From: an uncultured SAR86 cluster bacterium
Lineage (GTDB): Bacteria; Pseudomonadota; Gammaproteobacteria; Magnimaribacterales; D2472
Assembly (NCBI GenBank): GCA_902591665.1
Contig: CACJBO010000003.1
Location: 41,129-105,128, forward strand
Direction: 5' to 3'
DNA length: 64,000 bases
Part shown: positions 26,756 through 37,137 of the stretch, piece by piece
Numbering within the stretch: position 1 is the stretch's first letter
Layout of the letters: each line of letters starts with the position of its first letter
Program-made: the position numbers and the translations under genes
The notes under the pieces: generated by a model
Seen by the model: the letters and a program-made list of their open reading frames with translations, nothing else
Told to the model about the DNA's origin: nothing
Databases searched by the model: none

Positions 26756-27607
26756 TTATTTATTAGCAGCTTCTCTGCGTGACATAAATGCAAGACGCTC
26801 TAAAAGCTGAACATCTTGTTCGTTTTTAAGTAATGCACCATACAAAGGTGGAATAGCTTTAGATGAGTCTGCATTTTTTAGTATTTCATCAGGCATGTCA
26901 TCTGATAACAGAAGTTTTAACCAATCAATTAACTCAGAGGTAGATGGTTTTTTCTTTAAGCCTGGTATTTTTCTCAGATCAAAAAATATCTCCAACGCTT
27001 CATTTACAAGCTTCTTTTTAATTTTTGGGTAATGTACTGAAACAATTTTATTCATAGTTTCTCTATCAGGGAATTGAATATAATGAAAGAAACATCGTCT
27101 CAAAAAAGCATCAGGTAGTTCTTTTTCATTATTTGAAGTCATCACAATTAAAGGTCTATGCTTCGCCTTAATTGTCTCACCTGTTTCATAACAAAAGAAT
27201 TCCATTCTATCTATTTCTTGAAGCAAGTCATTTGGAAACTCAATATCTGCTTTGTCTATCTCATCAATTAATAAAACAACTTGCTTTTCTGATGTAAAAG
27301 CCTCCCATAATTTCCCTTTTTTAATATAATTTTTAATGTCTTTAACTCGCTCGTCCCCAAGTTGAGAGTCTCTTAGTCGTGTTACAGCATCATATTCATA
27401 TAAACCCTGTGAAGCTTTTGTAGTTGATTTAATATGCCACTCAATAAGCTCCATATCCAAAGCTTTTGCTACTTCAACTGCAAGTAAAGTCTTACCTGTC
27501 CCAGGTTCACCTTTTATTAATAAAGGTCTTTCAAGAGCCATTGAAGCATTAACGGCCATACTTAAATCTTCAGTAGCAATATAATTTTTAGTTCCTTTGA
27601 ATTGCAT
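26756..27607 (-). CDS. MoxR/CoxD-like AAA+ ATPase
   Basis: 283 aa. Walker A GEPGTGKT, Walker B LLIDEIDKA, and sensor/arginine-finger region (TSNNEKELPDAFLRRC). Confidence 0.85.
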   Translation of the reverse strand: MQFKGTKNYIATEDLSMAVNASMALERPLLIKGEPGTGKTLLAVEVAKALDMELIEWHIKSTTKASQGLYEYDAVTRLRDSQLGDERVKDIKNYIKKGKLWEAFTSEKQVVLLIDEIDKADIEFPNDLLQEIDRMEFFCYETGETIKAKHRPLIVMTSNNEKELPDAFLRRCFFHYIQFPDRETMNKIVSVHYPKIKKKLVNEALEIFFDLRKIPGLKKKPSTSELIDWLKLLLSDDMPDEILKNADSSKAIPPLYGALLKNEQDVQLLERLAFMSRREAANK

Positions 27608-27618
27608 AATTCTTCCTT

Positions 27619-28461
27619 TTAATTAGATAGTTTTTCTTCTGACTTTAGTATTCTAGTGAGTTGTCGACTTGAAGCAACTAAATTCTCATTTAAATCCCAA
27701 ATATTACAGTCTTGTTCAAAAAAACCTTTATTAATATCTTTTGCTATAAAATCAGCAAACAAGATTTCGGTGGTAGGCATTTGTCTTATATGAGTAGTCA
27801 AACTATATGTGGGTATCCAACCCAATGGTCCGTATTTATTTGATACAACAGGTGGAGCTACGTCTACATAAAATGATAAAACATACTGATCTGGAATTCC
27901 TCCATCCATTTGCATATATGAAGAACATCTGGCTTCTGCATCATCAGTATCAATATCTCTATCCCACCAAGCATGATGCGGGTGAACTGTGCAGCTTAAT
28001 TGATGTATAAATGAAGGTGTAATACCTGGTGAAATTTTGTCGTAATTTAAATCCTTGTATTTCTCTCTTGAAATTTCTTTCAATGTTTTTGGAGGACATG
28101 TCTCTAGTCCATCATATCCTTTCATATGTTCAAAGTCTGAGCATATAGCATTGAACACAGTACATATCTTGCCATCTTGTATAAGCTTAACAATACCTGA
28201 TGATGTTCCCCTTGATACTTTGAATATTTCAACTTCTAATAAAAAATCTTTTGCTTCAATCCTATCTAAATATTGTATCGATGAGCTTATTGCCACTGAA
28301 TGAGGTACCGATGATGTTAATGCCTTATGCATAAGTGCATTTAAATAACCACCATGAGGGGTTTTACCAACAAAATACCTAGAATCTGGATTAATACTGT
28401 AAGTATTTTCAGAGACAGTTTCTAATAACAATGCATTTTGAAATTGATCAAATTGATTCAT
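27619..28461 (-). CDS. acyl-CoA thioesterase, double hot-dog (TesB-like) family
   Basis: 280 aa. The TPHGGYLNALM block and two-domain length are typical of thioesterase-like superfamily proteins. Confidence 0.6.
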   Translation of the reverse strand: MNQFDQFQNALLLETVSENTYSINPDSRYFVGKTPHGGYLNALMHKALTSSVPHSVAISSSIQYLDRIEAKDFLLEVEIFKVSRGTSSGIVKLIQDGKICTVFNAICSDFEHMKGYDGLETCPPKTLKEISREKYKDLNYDKISPGITPSFIHQLSCTVHPHHAWWDRDIDTDDAEARCSSYMQMDGGIPDQYVLSFYVDVAPPVVSNKYGPLGWIPTYSLTTHIRQMPTTEILFADFIAKDINKGFFEQDCNIWDLNENLVASSRQLTRILKSEEKLSN

Positions 28462-28513
28462 GATTCAACAATTTTAGTTCATAATTCCTTTTTATAGAAA
28501 TTAAGCAGAGCAT

Positions 28514-29299
28514 ATGATTAATTTATTTGATATAGCTTGTAACTTTTCAAGTGATCGTTTTGATAATGATTTAAATGAGGTTATTCAAAGAGCTAAAAAT
28601 AATAATGTAACAAAATTTTTAATAGTATCTGCCTCACTAAAGGATGCTGAAAAAGTTCACAGAATATATCAAGATAACAAAGATTCATGTTTTTTTACTA
28701 TTGGTGTTCATCCTCATCATGCTAATGAATTTGATTCATTAGCATCTGCAGAGATGATGAAACTTATTAAAGAATACAAACCTCATAGTGTTGGAGAAAC
28801 TGGGTTAGATTTTTTTAGAAATATATCATCATATGAGGAGCAACTGTATGCATTTGATCAACAAATTCAAATCGCTATAGAAACTAATCTGCCGTTATTT
28901 CTTCATCAAAGGGATGCTCATGAAGATTTTATAAAAATTATTTCAAAGTATAAAAAAGATATTTCAAAGGCTGTTGTTCATTGTTTTACAGGGACACAAA
29001 AAGAATTAGATGATTATTTAGAAATGGGATTTCACATTGGTCTTACTGGCTGGATATGTGATGAAAGAAGAAATGTAGATTTAAGAAAATCCTTGATCAA
29101 TATTCCAGTCGAAAAACTCATGATTGAAACTGACTGTCCGTATTTAATTCCAAGGAATCTAAACGATAAACCAAAGAATAATAGGAATGAACCCTCTTAT
29201 CTTCCTCATATTGCAAAAGAGATAGCTAGTCTGGTTAAAATTGATATAAATGAGCTGGCTAATACAACATTTGAGAACAGTATAAATTTTTTTAAATAA
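28514..29299 (+). CDS. TatD family metal-dependent hydrolase/DNase
   Basis: 261 aa. D.ACNF (variant of the HxH start), GVHPH, GETGLD, HCFTG, ETDCPYL. Confidence 0.9.
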   Translation: MINLFDIACNFSSDRFDNDLNEVIQRAKNNNVTKFLIVSASLKDAEKVHRIYQDNKDSCFFTIGVHPHHANEFDSLASAEMMKLIKEYKPHSVGETGLDFFRNISSYEEQLYAFDQQIQIAIETNLPLFLHQRDAHEDFIKIISKYKKDISKAVVHCFTGTQKELDDYLEMGFHIGLTGWICDERRNVDLRKSLINIPVEKLMIETDCPYLIPRNLNDKPKNNRNEPSYLPHIAKEIASLVKIDINELANTTFENSINFFK

Positions 29300-30395
29300 A
29301 AGCTTTTCTATCTAAATTATATTCTTCACAAATATCATCAATATCAGAACCAACTTTCTTAGAATTATGCTTTATTGATAATTTATCAACAGAGAATCTT
29401 GGAGCCGGGGCCGGTTGATTAAATCCATCTATATCAACAAATGCATTCCTTGCGATATTATGATCATCTTCTTTAGCTTCATCCATATTTAATATTGGAG
29501 TTACGCAACCATCGGTATCAGAAAAAATATTTACCCAATGACTTCTTGGTTTAGATTTAATCTTTTGTGCGATTAAACCTTTCAATTCTCCCCATATTTC
29601 TTTATTCATTTGATCTTGAAACTTAGGATCATCTAATTCAAGCTTCTCTAATAAAATTGAATAAAATTGTGGCTCTATAGACCCAATAGCAAGATACCTA
29701 TTATCAGAGCATTCATAAGTATTGTAAAAATGTGATGCTCCATCAAGAAAATTAGATTCTCTTTCGTCTTTCCAGTAACCCATTTCTTTTAATGAATAAA
29801 AAAAACTCATTAAAGATAGGCTTCCATCAATCATTGCCGAATCAACCACTTGACCTTTTCCAGTTTTTATCGAATTTATGACAGCTGCAAGTATTCCCAT
29901 AGCAAGCATCATGCCCCCACCACCATAATCGCCTACCAAGTTAAGAGGTATGGCTGGATTTGAGTCTTTTTTTCCTATTGCATTTAATGCTCCAGATAGG
30001 CTGATATAGTTAATATCATGTCCAGCTTTTTTAGACATTGGTCCATCCTGACCCCACCCCGTCATTCTTCCATAAACCAATGCTTTATTAAGCTTAAAAC
30101 ATTCATCAGGACCAAGTCCTAATTTTTCCATAACCCCCGGCCTAAAGCCTTCAAATAAAACATCAACTGAAGAAATTAATTTGAGTATTTCTCTAACTGA
30201 TTCTGGATTTTTTAAATCTGCAACAATTGATCTTTTTGATCTATTGTGAATATCAAATTTATTATGAGAATCTTTATCACCGATTCTGCTGAGTCTGATT
30301 ACATCAGCACCCATATCTGCAAGAAGCATTCCGCAGTATGGACCAGGACCAATACCTGAAAACTCTAAAACTGTTACACCCTTTAATGGACCCAT
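29292..30395 (-). CDS. CaiB/BaiF family III CoA-transferase (alpha-methylacyl-CoA racemase-like)
   Basis: 367 aa. GPLKGVTVLEFSGIGPGPYCGMLLADMGADVIR N-terminus and GHDINY block. Confidence 0.85.
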   Translation of the reverse strand: MGPLKGVTVLEFSGIGPGPYCGMLLADMGADVIRLSRIGDKDSHNKFDIHNRSKRSIVADLKNPESVREILKLISSVDVLFEGFRPGVMEKLGLGPDECFKLNKALVYGRMTGWGQDGPMSKKAGHDINYISLSGALNAIGKKDSNPAIPLNLVGDYGGGGMMLAMGILAAVINSIKTGKGQVVDSAMIDGSLSLMSFFYSLKEMGYWKDERESNFLDGASHFYNTYECSDNRYLAIGSIEPQFYSILLEKLELDDPKFQDQMNKEIWGELKGLIAQKIKSKPRSHWVNIFSDTDGCVTPILNMDEAKEDDHNIARNAFVDIDGFNQPAPAPRFSVDKLSIKHNSKKVGSDIDDICEEYNLDRKAFI

Positions 30396-30404
30396 TGGAA
30401 TATA

Positions 30405-32876
30405 TTATTGGAAAACTTTAAATTTAACCAATAAATTAGGAAGAAGAGACAGTGAAGAAATGAAAGCTATTAACATAGCTAATGCAGTAAATATTCCAAA
30501 AAGTTGGGTTGGAAAAAAATTTGATAATGACAATATAGAAAAGCCAGTTGCAATTGTAGCTGCGGTATAAAAAATAGCTCTTCCTGTAGTTGTATGAGCA
30601 TTTTGTAAAGCCATCTCAATTGAATTGGTAATTTTCATTTCTTTTTTATATCTATAAATATAGTGAATAGTATTATCTACAGCCATTCCAACACTTATTG
30701 CTGCAACAGTGATAGTCATAATGTCCAGGGGTATTTTTAATAATCCTAAGATACCCACAACAGAAGAAGCAACGAAAATATTAGGCATCAATCCGATAAT
30801 CATTACTTTAAATGATTTAAAGATTAATAAGAGCATAAAAGCAATAACACTGAATACTAAAAGCAAAGAACCTATTTGTGATTGAAATAAAGATTGCAGC
30901 ATATTGTTATAAAGAACTGCTAATCCAGTAATCTCAAATCTATCTTCTGATAAATTGAATTTTGTAATCAAATCATTATTAATCTTTTCTAATAACTCGG
31001 CTCTATTAAGATTCTCAGCAGATTCATTGACTCTTGTGGAGATTCTTACAACTGAGTCGTCTTTGTTTATATATGAGTAAAGCAATGTCTCTCTGATATC
31101 TTCAGGTAACACAGATCTTAAGAGAGCTAGTTCTAGATCATTTAAATCTTCTCCATTATTAATTAGTCTTGCAAGTTTGATACCACTGGCTACGCTCAGT
31201 ACTTTACCAATCTCAGGAAGAGAATCCAAATAATCATGAATTTCTTCAAGCTCAGCTAGTGAATACACATTCCACCAATAACCAGATGCACTACTACTTT
31301 CATCATCAAAAAGACTATCATCAAAAAATTCATCTTCAATTAAATCATCTGAAGCTATAAATGATGGCTTTTTGATTATGATATCTAATGTTGCTGTGCC
31401 ACCTAAATTTTTATCGATCTCCAACATACCTTGATATATTTCAGTTTCTTCATCAAAGTAATCAATAAATCTATTTTCAACCACCAGCTTTGTTGTTCCA
31501 AATATTAGTACACAAAAAACAATACTAAAAGTTAAATAAAAATAAGTAGAGTATTTCTTAGAAATAGCTAGGATCTTATTAGTAATTTTATGAAGCGATA
31601 AGTAATCTTTGCTTTTATTATTTTTAATTAAGCTTAATGAACTAGGCAAGAATGAAAAAGTAAAAATAAAGGCTATTGATATTCCAAATGCCATCATTTT
31701 TCCAAATTCAATAACTGGCTTTAACTCTCCTAAAAGTAATGATAAAAACGCTACAGCGGTTGTAAGAGCTGCAAAAAAACAAGGCAGAAACATTTGATCT
31801 ACAGCATCTATTAATGATTTTTCATTATCTATTGAGCCTTTTTGCAACTCATTAATTTTTACCAAGACATGAACTGTCAAAGAAATTGTCAAAATCAATA
31901 ATAAGGCAATGAAATTTGAAGAAACAACGCTGATTTTCCAGTCCATGTAACCAAGAAACCCAGCGGTAACGAAGGTTGTTAAAAAAGCATTAGATATTGG
32001 AAGTATTACAAACCAAATATTTCCAAAGAAAAGAAACAACATAATGGCAAAAACTGAAGCCACTGCAACACCAAAAACTACAAGATCAGATCTAATATAT
32101 TCCATCATATCTGAAGTAATCATTGCTGGACCTCCTAGATATAAAGTTGCATTATTTCTGTGTAAATCAAGAATACTTCTTATCTCTGAAACTAAAGAAG
32201 AATTAAAATTAGATTCATTATCATTAAGTTCACTAATTCTCTTGTTAATACTGTCTAGATTATCTTGAAGTAAAGTTTTTGTTTCATTGGTTATAGGCTC
32301 TTTAGATTTAAGTGTGTCCAAAATTTGATAACGATCTGTAATCAATGAGTCATACTCATCATTACCCCTTAAAACAATTTGCATTGCAGTTGTAGAACCA
32401 TCTTTACTGATAATCAAATCCCGATAAATAGGATTATTAATGATTTCTTGTTTTGCTTCTATTAGATTAATACCTTCAGTTGTTAAGTCTTTTAAATTAT
32501 CAGCAACTTCAGTTAATCCTACTTTTGGCTGAAAAAAGATCGGCGCATCTAATAAAGACAAAACCGAGTCAACACCATCTAATTTTGATAATGATTCTTC
32601 AATTTGAAAAAGTTGATTTAGTGATTGATATGAAAAAAGTTCAAAATCAGGCTTAAAAGTAATTATTAAAAAACTGGAGTCTCCAAACTCCTTCTCATTT
32701 TCTCTATAAGTTTTTAATGATTCGTCACCCTCTAAAACCAATGCATCAGAAGATGCATCTAACTTAAAATTTGAGATACCTTGTGATGCAATCAAAATTA
32801 CTAATAAAACAGAAGACAATATTATTAAAGAATTTTTAATAACGAAAATTGAATATTTTGATATTAAATTTTTCAT
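30405..32876 (-). CDS. RND-superfamily exporter with MMPL/sterol-sensing-type domains (HpnN-like)
   Basis: 823 aa. Two 6-TM bundles are each preceded by a large periplasmic loop. GGPAM..SDM and MAVDNTIHY blocks. Confidence 0.75.
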   Translation of the reverse strand: MKNLISKYSIFVIKNSLIILSSVLLVILIASQGISNFKLDASSDALVLEGDESLKTYRENEKEFGDSSFLIITFKPDFELFSYQSLNQLFQIEESLSKLDGVDSVLSLLDAPIFFQPKVGLTEVADNLKDLTTEGINLIEAKQEIINNPIYRDLIISKDGSTTAMQIVLRGNDEYDSLITDRYQILDTLKSKEPITNETKTLLQDNLDSINKRISELNDNESNFNSSLVSEIRSILDLHRNNATLYLGGPAMITSDMMEYIRSDLVVFGVAVASVFAIMLFLFFGNIWFVILPISNAFLTTFVTAGFLGYMDWKISVVSSNFIALLLILTISLTVHVLVKINELQKGSIDNEKSLIDAVDQMFLPCFFAALTTAVAFLSLLLGELKPVIEFGKMMAFGISIAFIFTFSFLPSSLSLIKNNKSKDYLSLHKITNKILAISKKYSTYFYLTFSIVFCVLIFGTTKLVVENRFIDYFDEETEIYQGMLEIDKNLGGTATLDIIIKKPSFIASDDLIEDEFFDDSLFDDESSSASGYWWNVYSLAELEEIHDYLDSLPEIGKVLSVASGIKLARLINNGEDLNDLELALLRSVLPEDIRETLLYSYINKDDSVVRISTRVNESAENLNRAELLEKINNDLITKFNLSEDRFEITGLAVLYNNMLQSLFQSQIGSLLLVFSVIAFMLLLIFKSFKVMIIGLMPNIFVASSVVGILGLLKIPLDIMTITVAAISVGMAVDNTIHYIYRYKKEMKITNSIEMALQNAHTTTGRAIFYTAATIATGFSILSLSNFFPTQLFGIFTALAMLIAFISSLSLLPNLLVKFKVFQ

Positions 32877-32877
32877 A

Positions 32878-33189
32878 TCATTTTTTATGGGCGCACTCAG
32901 GTGAATCTAGAATGGTTGGATTCAATTTAAATTCATCATCATTGAAAGATTGTATAGAAAGAGCATGAATATCATCCATGATAGAGCCTAAATGCTTATA
33001 GACAAGCTTGTGTCTTTGCACCTGAGATAAATTATTAAAATCATTGCTAACAATAACAAGTTTAAAATGACTTTCTGCATCTTTTGGAACATTGTGCATA
33101 AAGCTTTCGTTAAATATCTTTAATGAAGAGATATTCATACATTCATTAAGGGTATTAATTATTTTATTTTCAAAAGATCCCTTATTCAT
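32878..33189 (-). CDS. BolA family protein
   Basis: 103 aa. HFKLVIVS..F...S.VQRHKLVY..L....IHALSI. Confidence 0.8.
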   Translation of the reverse strand: MNKGSFENKIINTLNECMNISSLKIFNESFMHNVPKDAESHFKLVIVSNDFNNLSQVQRHKLVYKHLGSIMDDIHALSIQSFNDDEFKLNPTILDSPECAHKK

Positions 33190-33240
33190 AATAATTGCAT
33201 TATAAATGAATAAGTCTTGGAAACTTATTTTAAAAGGAAA

Positions 33241-33708
33241 TTAAGGATAATCGCGGCCTAACAATTTGTTATAAAAAAGTGCAAACAAGATTATAACAAC
33301 AGCTCCTAAGGCAACTGGCATTAAAACAAACGACAGTCCCTTACCTCCAAGTATTGCAATAATTGGATTTGCTCCAGCAGGCGGATGAATTGAATCGAAG
33401 GTTGCCATAACAAAAACTGCTAGACCCACAGCAATTCCAAGAGAAATAAATGAAGATCCCATTAATGCAAATATTACTACCCCGCTTAAAGCCGACAATG
33501 TATGGCCTAAAAAAATATTCTTCGGTTCTGCAAGTGGGCTATTGTGAACTGCCATCACCAAAACCATACTAGCTCCAAAAGGAGGTATTAACCAGATATC
33601 TCCATATTCTGAGAAATGAAGAAATGAAAGAAGGCTAATACATAAAAATGCACCAAATGCAGATAAAAAATTATCTAATATAGTTTTTTTATTAAATATA
33701 TTTTTCAT
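33241..33708 (-). CDS. HPP family membrane protein
   Basis: 155 aa and 4 TM, with the eponymous HPPAGA motif (SIHPPAGANP). Confidence 0.75.
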   Translation of the reverse strand: MKNIFNKKTILDNFLSAFGAFLCISLLSFLHFSEYGDIWLIPPFGASMVLVMAVHNSPLAEPKNIFLGHTLSALSGVVIFALMGSSFISLGIAVGLAVFVMATFDSIHPPAGANPIIAILGGKGLSFVLMPVALGAVVIILFALFYNKLLGRDYP

Positions 33709-33757
33709 ATTTTTAAGATTAACTTATTTTAAAAAAATTAGATATTAACTATTAAAA

Positions 33758-33940
33758 TCATCCATCGTGCGGTTGTTGATTGATTGTTTCAATTATTAAA
33801 GAGATTTCTTCCCACTTTGCCCATTCAACTGAATTTAAGGTTGCAGCATATTCAGCAGCTCTTAACATTGCAATAGTTTGAGCCTCATCTCCATATTGTG
33901 TAATTAATGAAATAGCTATTTGTCGAAGGTTTTCTTTCAT
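33758..33940 (-). CDS. hypothetical 60-aa helical protein
   Basis: ORF only, with no recognisable motifs. Confidence 0.35.
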   Translation of the reverse strand: MKENLRQIAISLITQYGDEAQTIAMLRAAEYAATLNSVEWAKWEEISLIIETINQQPHDG

Positions 33941-33997
33941 TTTAAAAAGATATTATCAAGAGATATCAGATAAAAATAGATTTATACTTAGTACACT

Positions 33998-34975
33998 ATG
34001 AATATATTATGGATTAAAGATGGCAAAAAAGGCCATGAAAAGCAAGTTCAAGCATTGCTTGAGGAGCTATCTAAAACCATAGATATCAAAATATACGAAG
34101 AAAACTATCATATAAGCTCGCTAAAGAGGTTTTTTGATACTTTTCATCATGCAACATCTTATATGCTTAAAAAATATGATTCATGCAAAATTTTAAAAAG
34201 CTATAATCAAAATGATATTCAACTTGTGGTAGGAGCCGGAAGCAATACCCATACTCGCATGCTCTTATTAAAAAAAGCTCTTAAAGATATCTACAACAAA
34301 CATATTATTGCCATAAGTGTGTTAACGCCAAGTCTTTTTAGAAGCGAGTTTAATTTTATCTGTGCTCCCAATCATGATGAAATAAAACTAAGTAATATGA
34401 AAAATACTATCTTTTTTGAAGGCTCATTAGCTAAAGTTTCCACTCAAGAGCCAGACGATAGTGTTGGTCTTATTGGCCTGGGGGGTACTAATAAATATTT
34501 TATCTTTAATGAAGATGATTTAATTAAACAAATTGAATATATCTTAAGCTTATATCCAAATAAAGATTGGTATTTGTTTGCATCTAGAAGAACTCCAGAA
34601 TTAATGATAAGTAAAATTAATAAATTATCCAATTCATGTTCAAACATCATTATTAATCATGAAAGTTTTGATGAGATTATTAAACGTGCATCAATTAAGT
34701 TTATAACTCAAGATAGTATGAATATGGTTTATGAAAGCCTTTCAACGAAAGGTCAAACTTTTTTGTTTAATATGAAGTACAAAAATGAAAATAAAATTAC
34801 TAAACAGATAAAGAAACTACTAGAAAATAAACAGATTGGTTACATCGAAAATATATCAATGTCAGATGGCCTAAACAAAATTAAGATACAACCACAAAAC
34901 CCCCACTATGAGGTGTTTGCAGAGGTTGAAAAGTTATCTTTTCAGCTTGCAGGTAAACTTAAAGCATTAAAATGA
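33998..34975 (+). CDS. ELM1/DUF1022-like protein (putative glycosyltransferase-fold)
   Basis: 325 aa. The N-terminal W.I.DGK.GHE.Q..AL block resembles the ELM1/DUF1022 family. It overlaps the downstream GT4 gene by 4 nt. Confidence 0.5.
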   Translation: MNILWIKDGKKGHEKQVQALLEELSKTIDIKIYEENYHISSLKRFFDTFHHATSYMLKKYDSCKILKSYNQNDIQLVVGAGSNTHTRMLLLKKALKDIYNKHIIAISVLTPSLFRSEFNFICAPNHDEIKLSNMKNTIFFEGSLAKVSTQEPDDSVGLIGLGGTNKYFIFNEDDLIKQIEYILSLYPNKDWYLFASRRTPELMISKINKLSNSCSNIIINHESFDEIIKRASIKFITQDSMNMVYESLSTKGQTFLFNMKYKNENKITKQIKKLLENKQIGYIENISMSDGLNKIKIQPQNPHYEVFAEVEKLSFQLAGKLKALK

Positions 34976-35943
34976 AAATTGCACATCTTGTATTAAGTAA
35001 TGTCTATGCTGGTATTGAACAGCACGTCAATGAGTTAATTTTAGAGCAACAAAAAGAATGTGAAGTCATATTAATTTGTAATGCAGAAATAGAAGATAGG
35101 TTTGATAGTCCAAAAATAATATCCATTAAAAACTTTAGTAGAAATTCACCATTCGGCTTATTGAAGTTATTTCTATTAATTAAAAAAATGAATCTTGATC
35201 TTATTCATACTCATGGATCTAAAACTTCAAGCATAGTTAATTTATTAAGAAGATTTATAAATATAAAACATGTTGCTACTGCACATGGTATAAAAAAGAA
35301 AACAACTCCTTTTTTAAAAGCTGATAAATTAATTGCTGTAAGTTTAAAAATACAAAACTCAATACAAAGAGATTCTATAAAGATTAATAATTGGTGGTCG
35401 CCTATTCTTCCAAACAATATAGTTAAAAAAAGTAAAAATGTTCTAGCAGTTGGAAGATTGGAAAAAGTTAAAGGTTTTGATCTATTAATAGAATCATGGA
35501 AAAACATTTCATCGAATTTAATTATTATTGGGAGCGGTAAAGAATATTCTCACTTAACTCAGTTAATAATAAATCTTGGGCTTGATGATAGAATTCAAAT
35601 AATTAATGAGGTTTCTCAAAATAAACTCATTGATTATTATCAACAGGCATCAATGTTAGTTGTTTCATCAAGAAATGAAGGTGGTCCAAGAGTTGCTTTA
35701 GAAGCTTTATATTTAAAAATACCAGTCATCTCTACTGATGTAGGGCATATGAGTGAAATTTTACCTAAAGAACTATTGGCAGAACCAAATAATCTTGACT
35801 CACTAACAAACCTAGTGGAAAGATTTGTTGATAACTCAAATTATAATCAAGAATCAATATATCAATATGTTGCTGAAGAGTTTTCATTAACAGTTAAAAC
35901 TCGTCAGACTATGGATGTTTATAAACAATTACTCGTATCTTAA
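34972..35943 (+). CDS. glycosyltransferase family 4 (GT-B)
   Basis: 323 aa. The C-terminal S..EGGPRV.LEA...PV..TD block is the EX7E-type GT4 motif. Confidence 0.8.
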   Translation: MKIAHLVLSNVYAGIEQHVNELILEQQKECEVILICNAEIEDRFDSPKIISIKNFSRNSPFGLLKLFLLIKKMNLDLIHTHGSKTSSIVNLLRRFINIKHVATAHGIKKKTTPFLKADKLIAVSLKIQNSIQRDSIKINNWWSPILPNNIVKKSKNVLAVGRLEKVKGFDLLIESWKNISSNLIIIGSGKEYSHLTQLIINLGLDDRIQIINEVSQNKLIDYYQQASMLVVSSRNEGGPRVALEALYLKIPVISTDVGHMSEILPKELLAEPNNLDSLTNLVERFVDNSNYNQESIYQYVAEEFSLTVKTRQTMDVYKQLLVS

Positions 35944-37137
35944 TGAGATAGCTGGATCAAGCTTTGCAGCTTTTCTTGCTGGCCAAATTCCAAAAAATAA
36001 ACCAACCATGGCAGAAAAGGTAATCGAACCAATAATTGCACTAAATGGCATAGCAAAAGGCCAATCTTGAAGCGAGGCTAGTAAATATAAAATACTTGTA
36101 CCTAGAACAACTCCTATACAACCCCCAATAACACAAAGTAAAATCGCTTCAACTATAAATTGAGACATTATGGCCTTATGAGTTGCTCCTAATGCTTTTC
36201 TAAGACCTATTTCTCTTGTTCTTTCAGTTACAGATACAAGCATAATATTCATCACACCAATACCACCAACAACTAAACTAATTCCAGCAATACCTGCAAT
36301 CAAAGCAGTAAAAATTCCTGTTGCTTGTCTTCTAAGGTCTGAAAACTGACTGTAATCATTAATATTAAAATCATTATCTGCACCAGGACCAATATCATGT
36401 TGAGCTCTTAAAATTCTTTCTATAGACATCATAATTTCATCTACATTAGCATTCTTTTCAACGCCTACATTGATTGAATCTACATTTTTAGTACCAAATA
36501 ATCTTTGAGCTCCAGTCAAAAGAGGAACATATAATTCTTCATCTGGACTTTGCCAACCAGTATTACCCTCCTCTTCAAGAACTCCTATTACTTTATACCC
36601 AGTACCCGCAATAAGAACCTCTTTATTTAAAATATTTTGTGGACTAGTTTTTAGTTCTTTAGGAACAGCTGAACCAAGAACTACAACTCTTTTTCTACCA
36701 AAATTTTCTTCTTCACTAAAGATGCGTCCATACTCAATATCATAACCCCTCACTTTAAAGTGAATAGGCAAATTACCTCTTATTCTTTGATTAATATTAG
36801 CGTTATTAAATTTTACTTGTCTGTTTCTTGAAATATAAGGTGATACCATCCAATTATGTTCTGTGTTTTTAGCAAGAGCTTCAGCATCTTTTATATCTAA
36901 AGGTATGAAGCCTTTGGTAACAGCTCCTCTTCTGTTTTGTCCAGGGCTAACAACCAATGTTCTTGGTCCAAAATCATCGATCTGAGCATCCAATGCTTTG
37001 TTTGCACTAGAACCGAGACCTATAACAGCTATGACTGCAGCAGTACCAATTATAATTGCTAGTGTTGTTAAAAAAGATCTAACAATATTAGACCTGATAG
37101 AGGTTGAAGCAGATTTTAGTGATTCTTTTATCAGCAT
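35929..37137 (-). CDS. ABC transporter permease, MacB/FtsX type
   Basis: 402 aa. One TM, a large periplasmic domain, then the FtsX 3-TM domain (REIGLRKALGA). Confidence 0.85.
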   Translation of the reverse strand: MLIKESLKSASTSIRSNIVRSFLTTLAIIIGTAAVIAVIGLGSSANKALDAQIDDFGPRTLVVSPGQNRRGAVTKGFIPLDIKDAEALAKNTEHNWMVSPYISRNRQVKFNNANINQRIRGNLPIHFKVRGYDIEYGRIFSEEENFGRKRVVVLGSAVPKELKTSPQNILNKEVLIAGTGYKVIGVLEEEGNTGWQSPDEELYVPLLTGAQRLFGTKNVDSINVGVEKNANVDEIMMSIERILRAQHDIGPGADNDFNINDYSQFSDLRRQATGIFTALIAGIAGISLVVGGIGVMNIMLVSVTERTREIGLRKALGATHKAIMSQFIVEAILLCVIGGCIGVVLGTSILYLLASLQDWPFAMPFSAIIGSITFSAMVGLFFGIWPARKAAKLDPAISLRYE

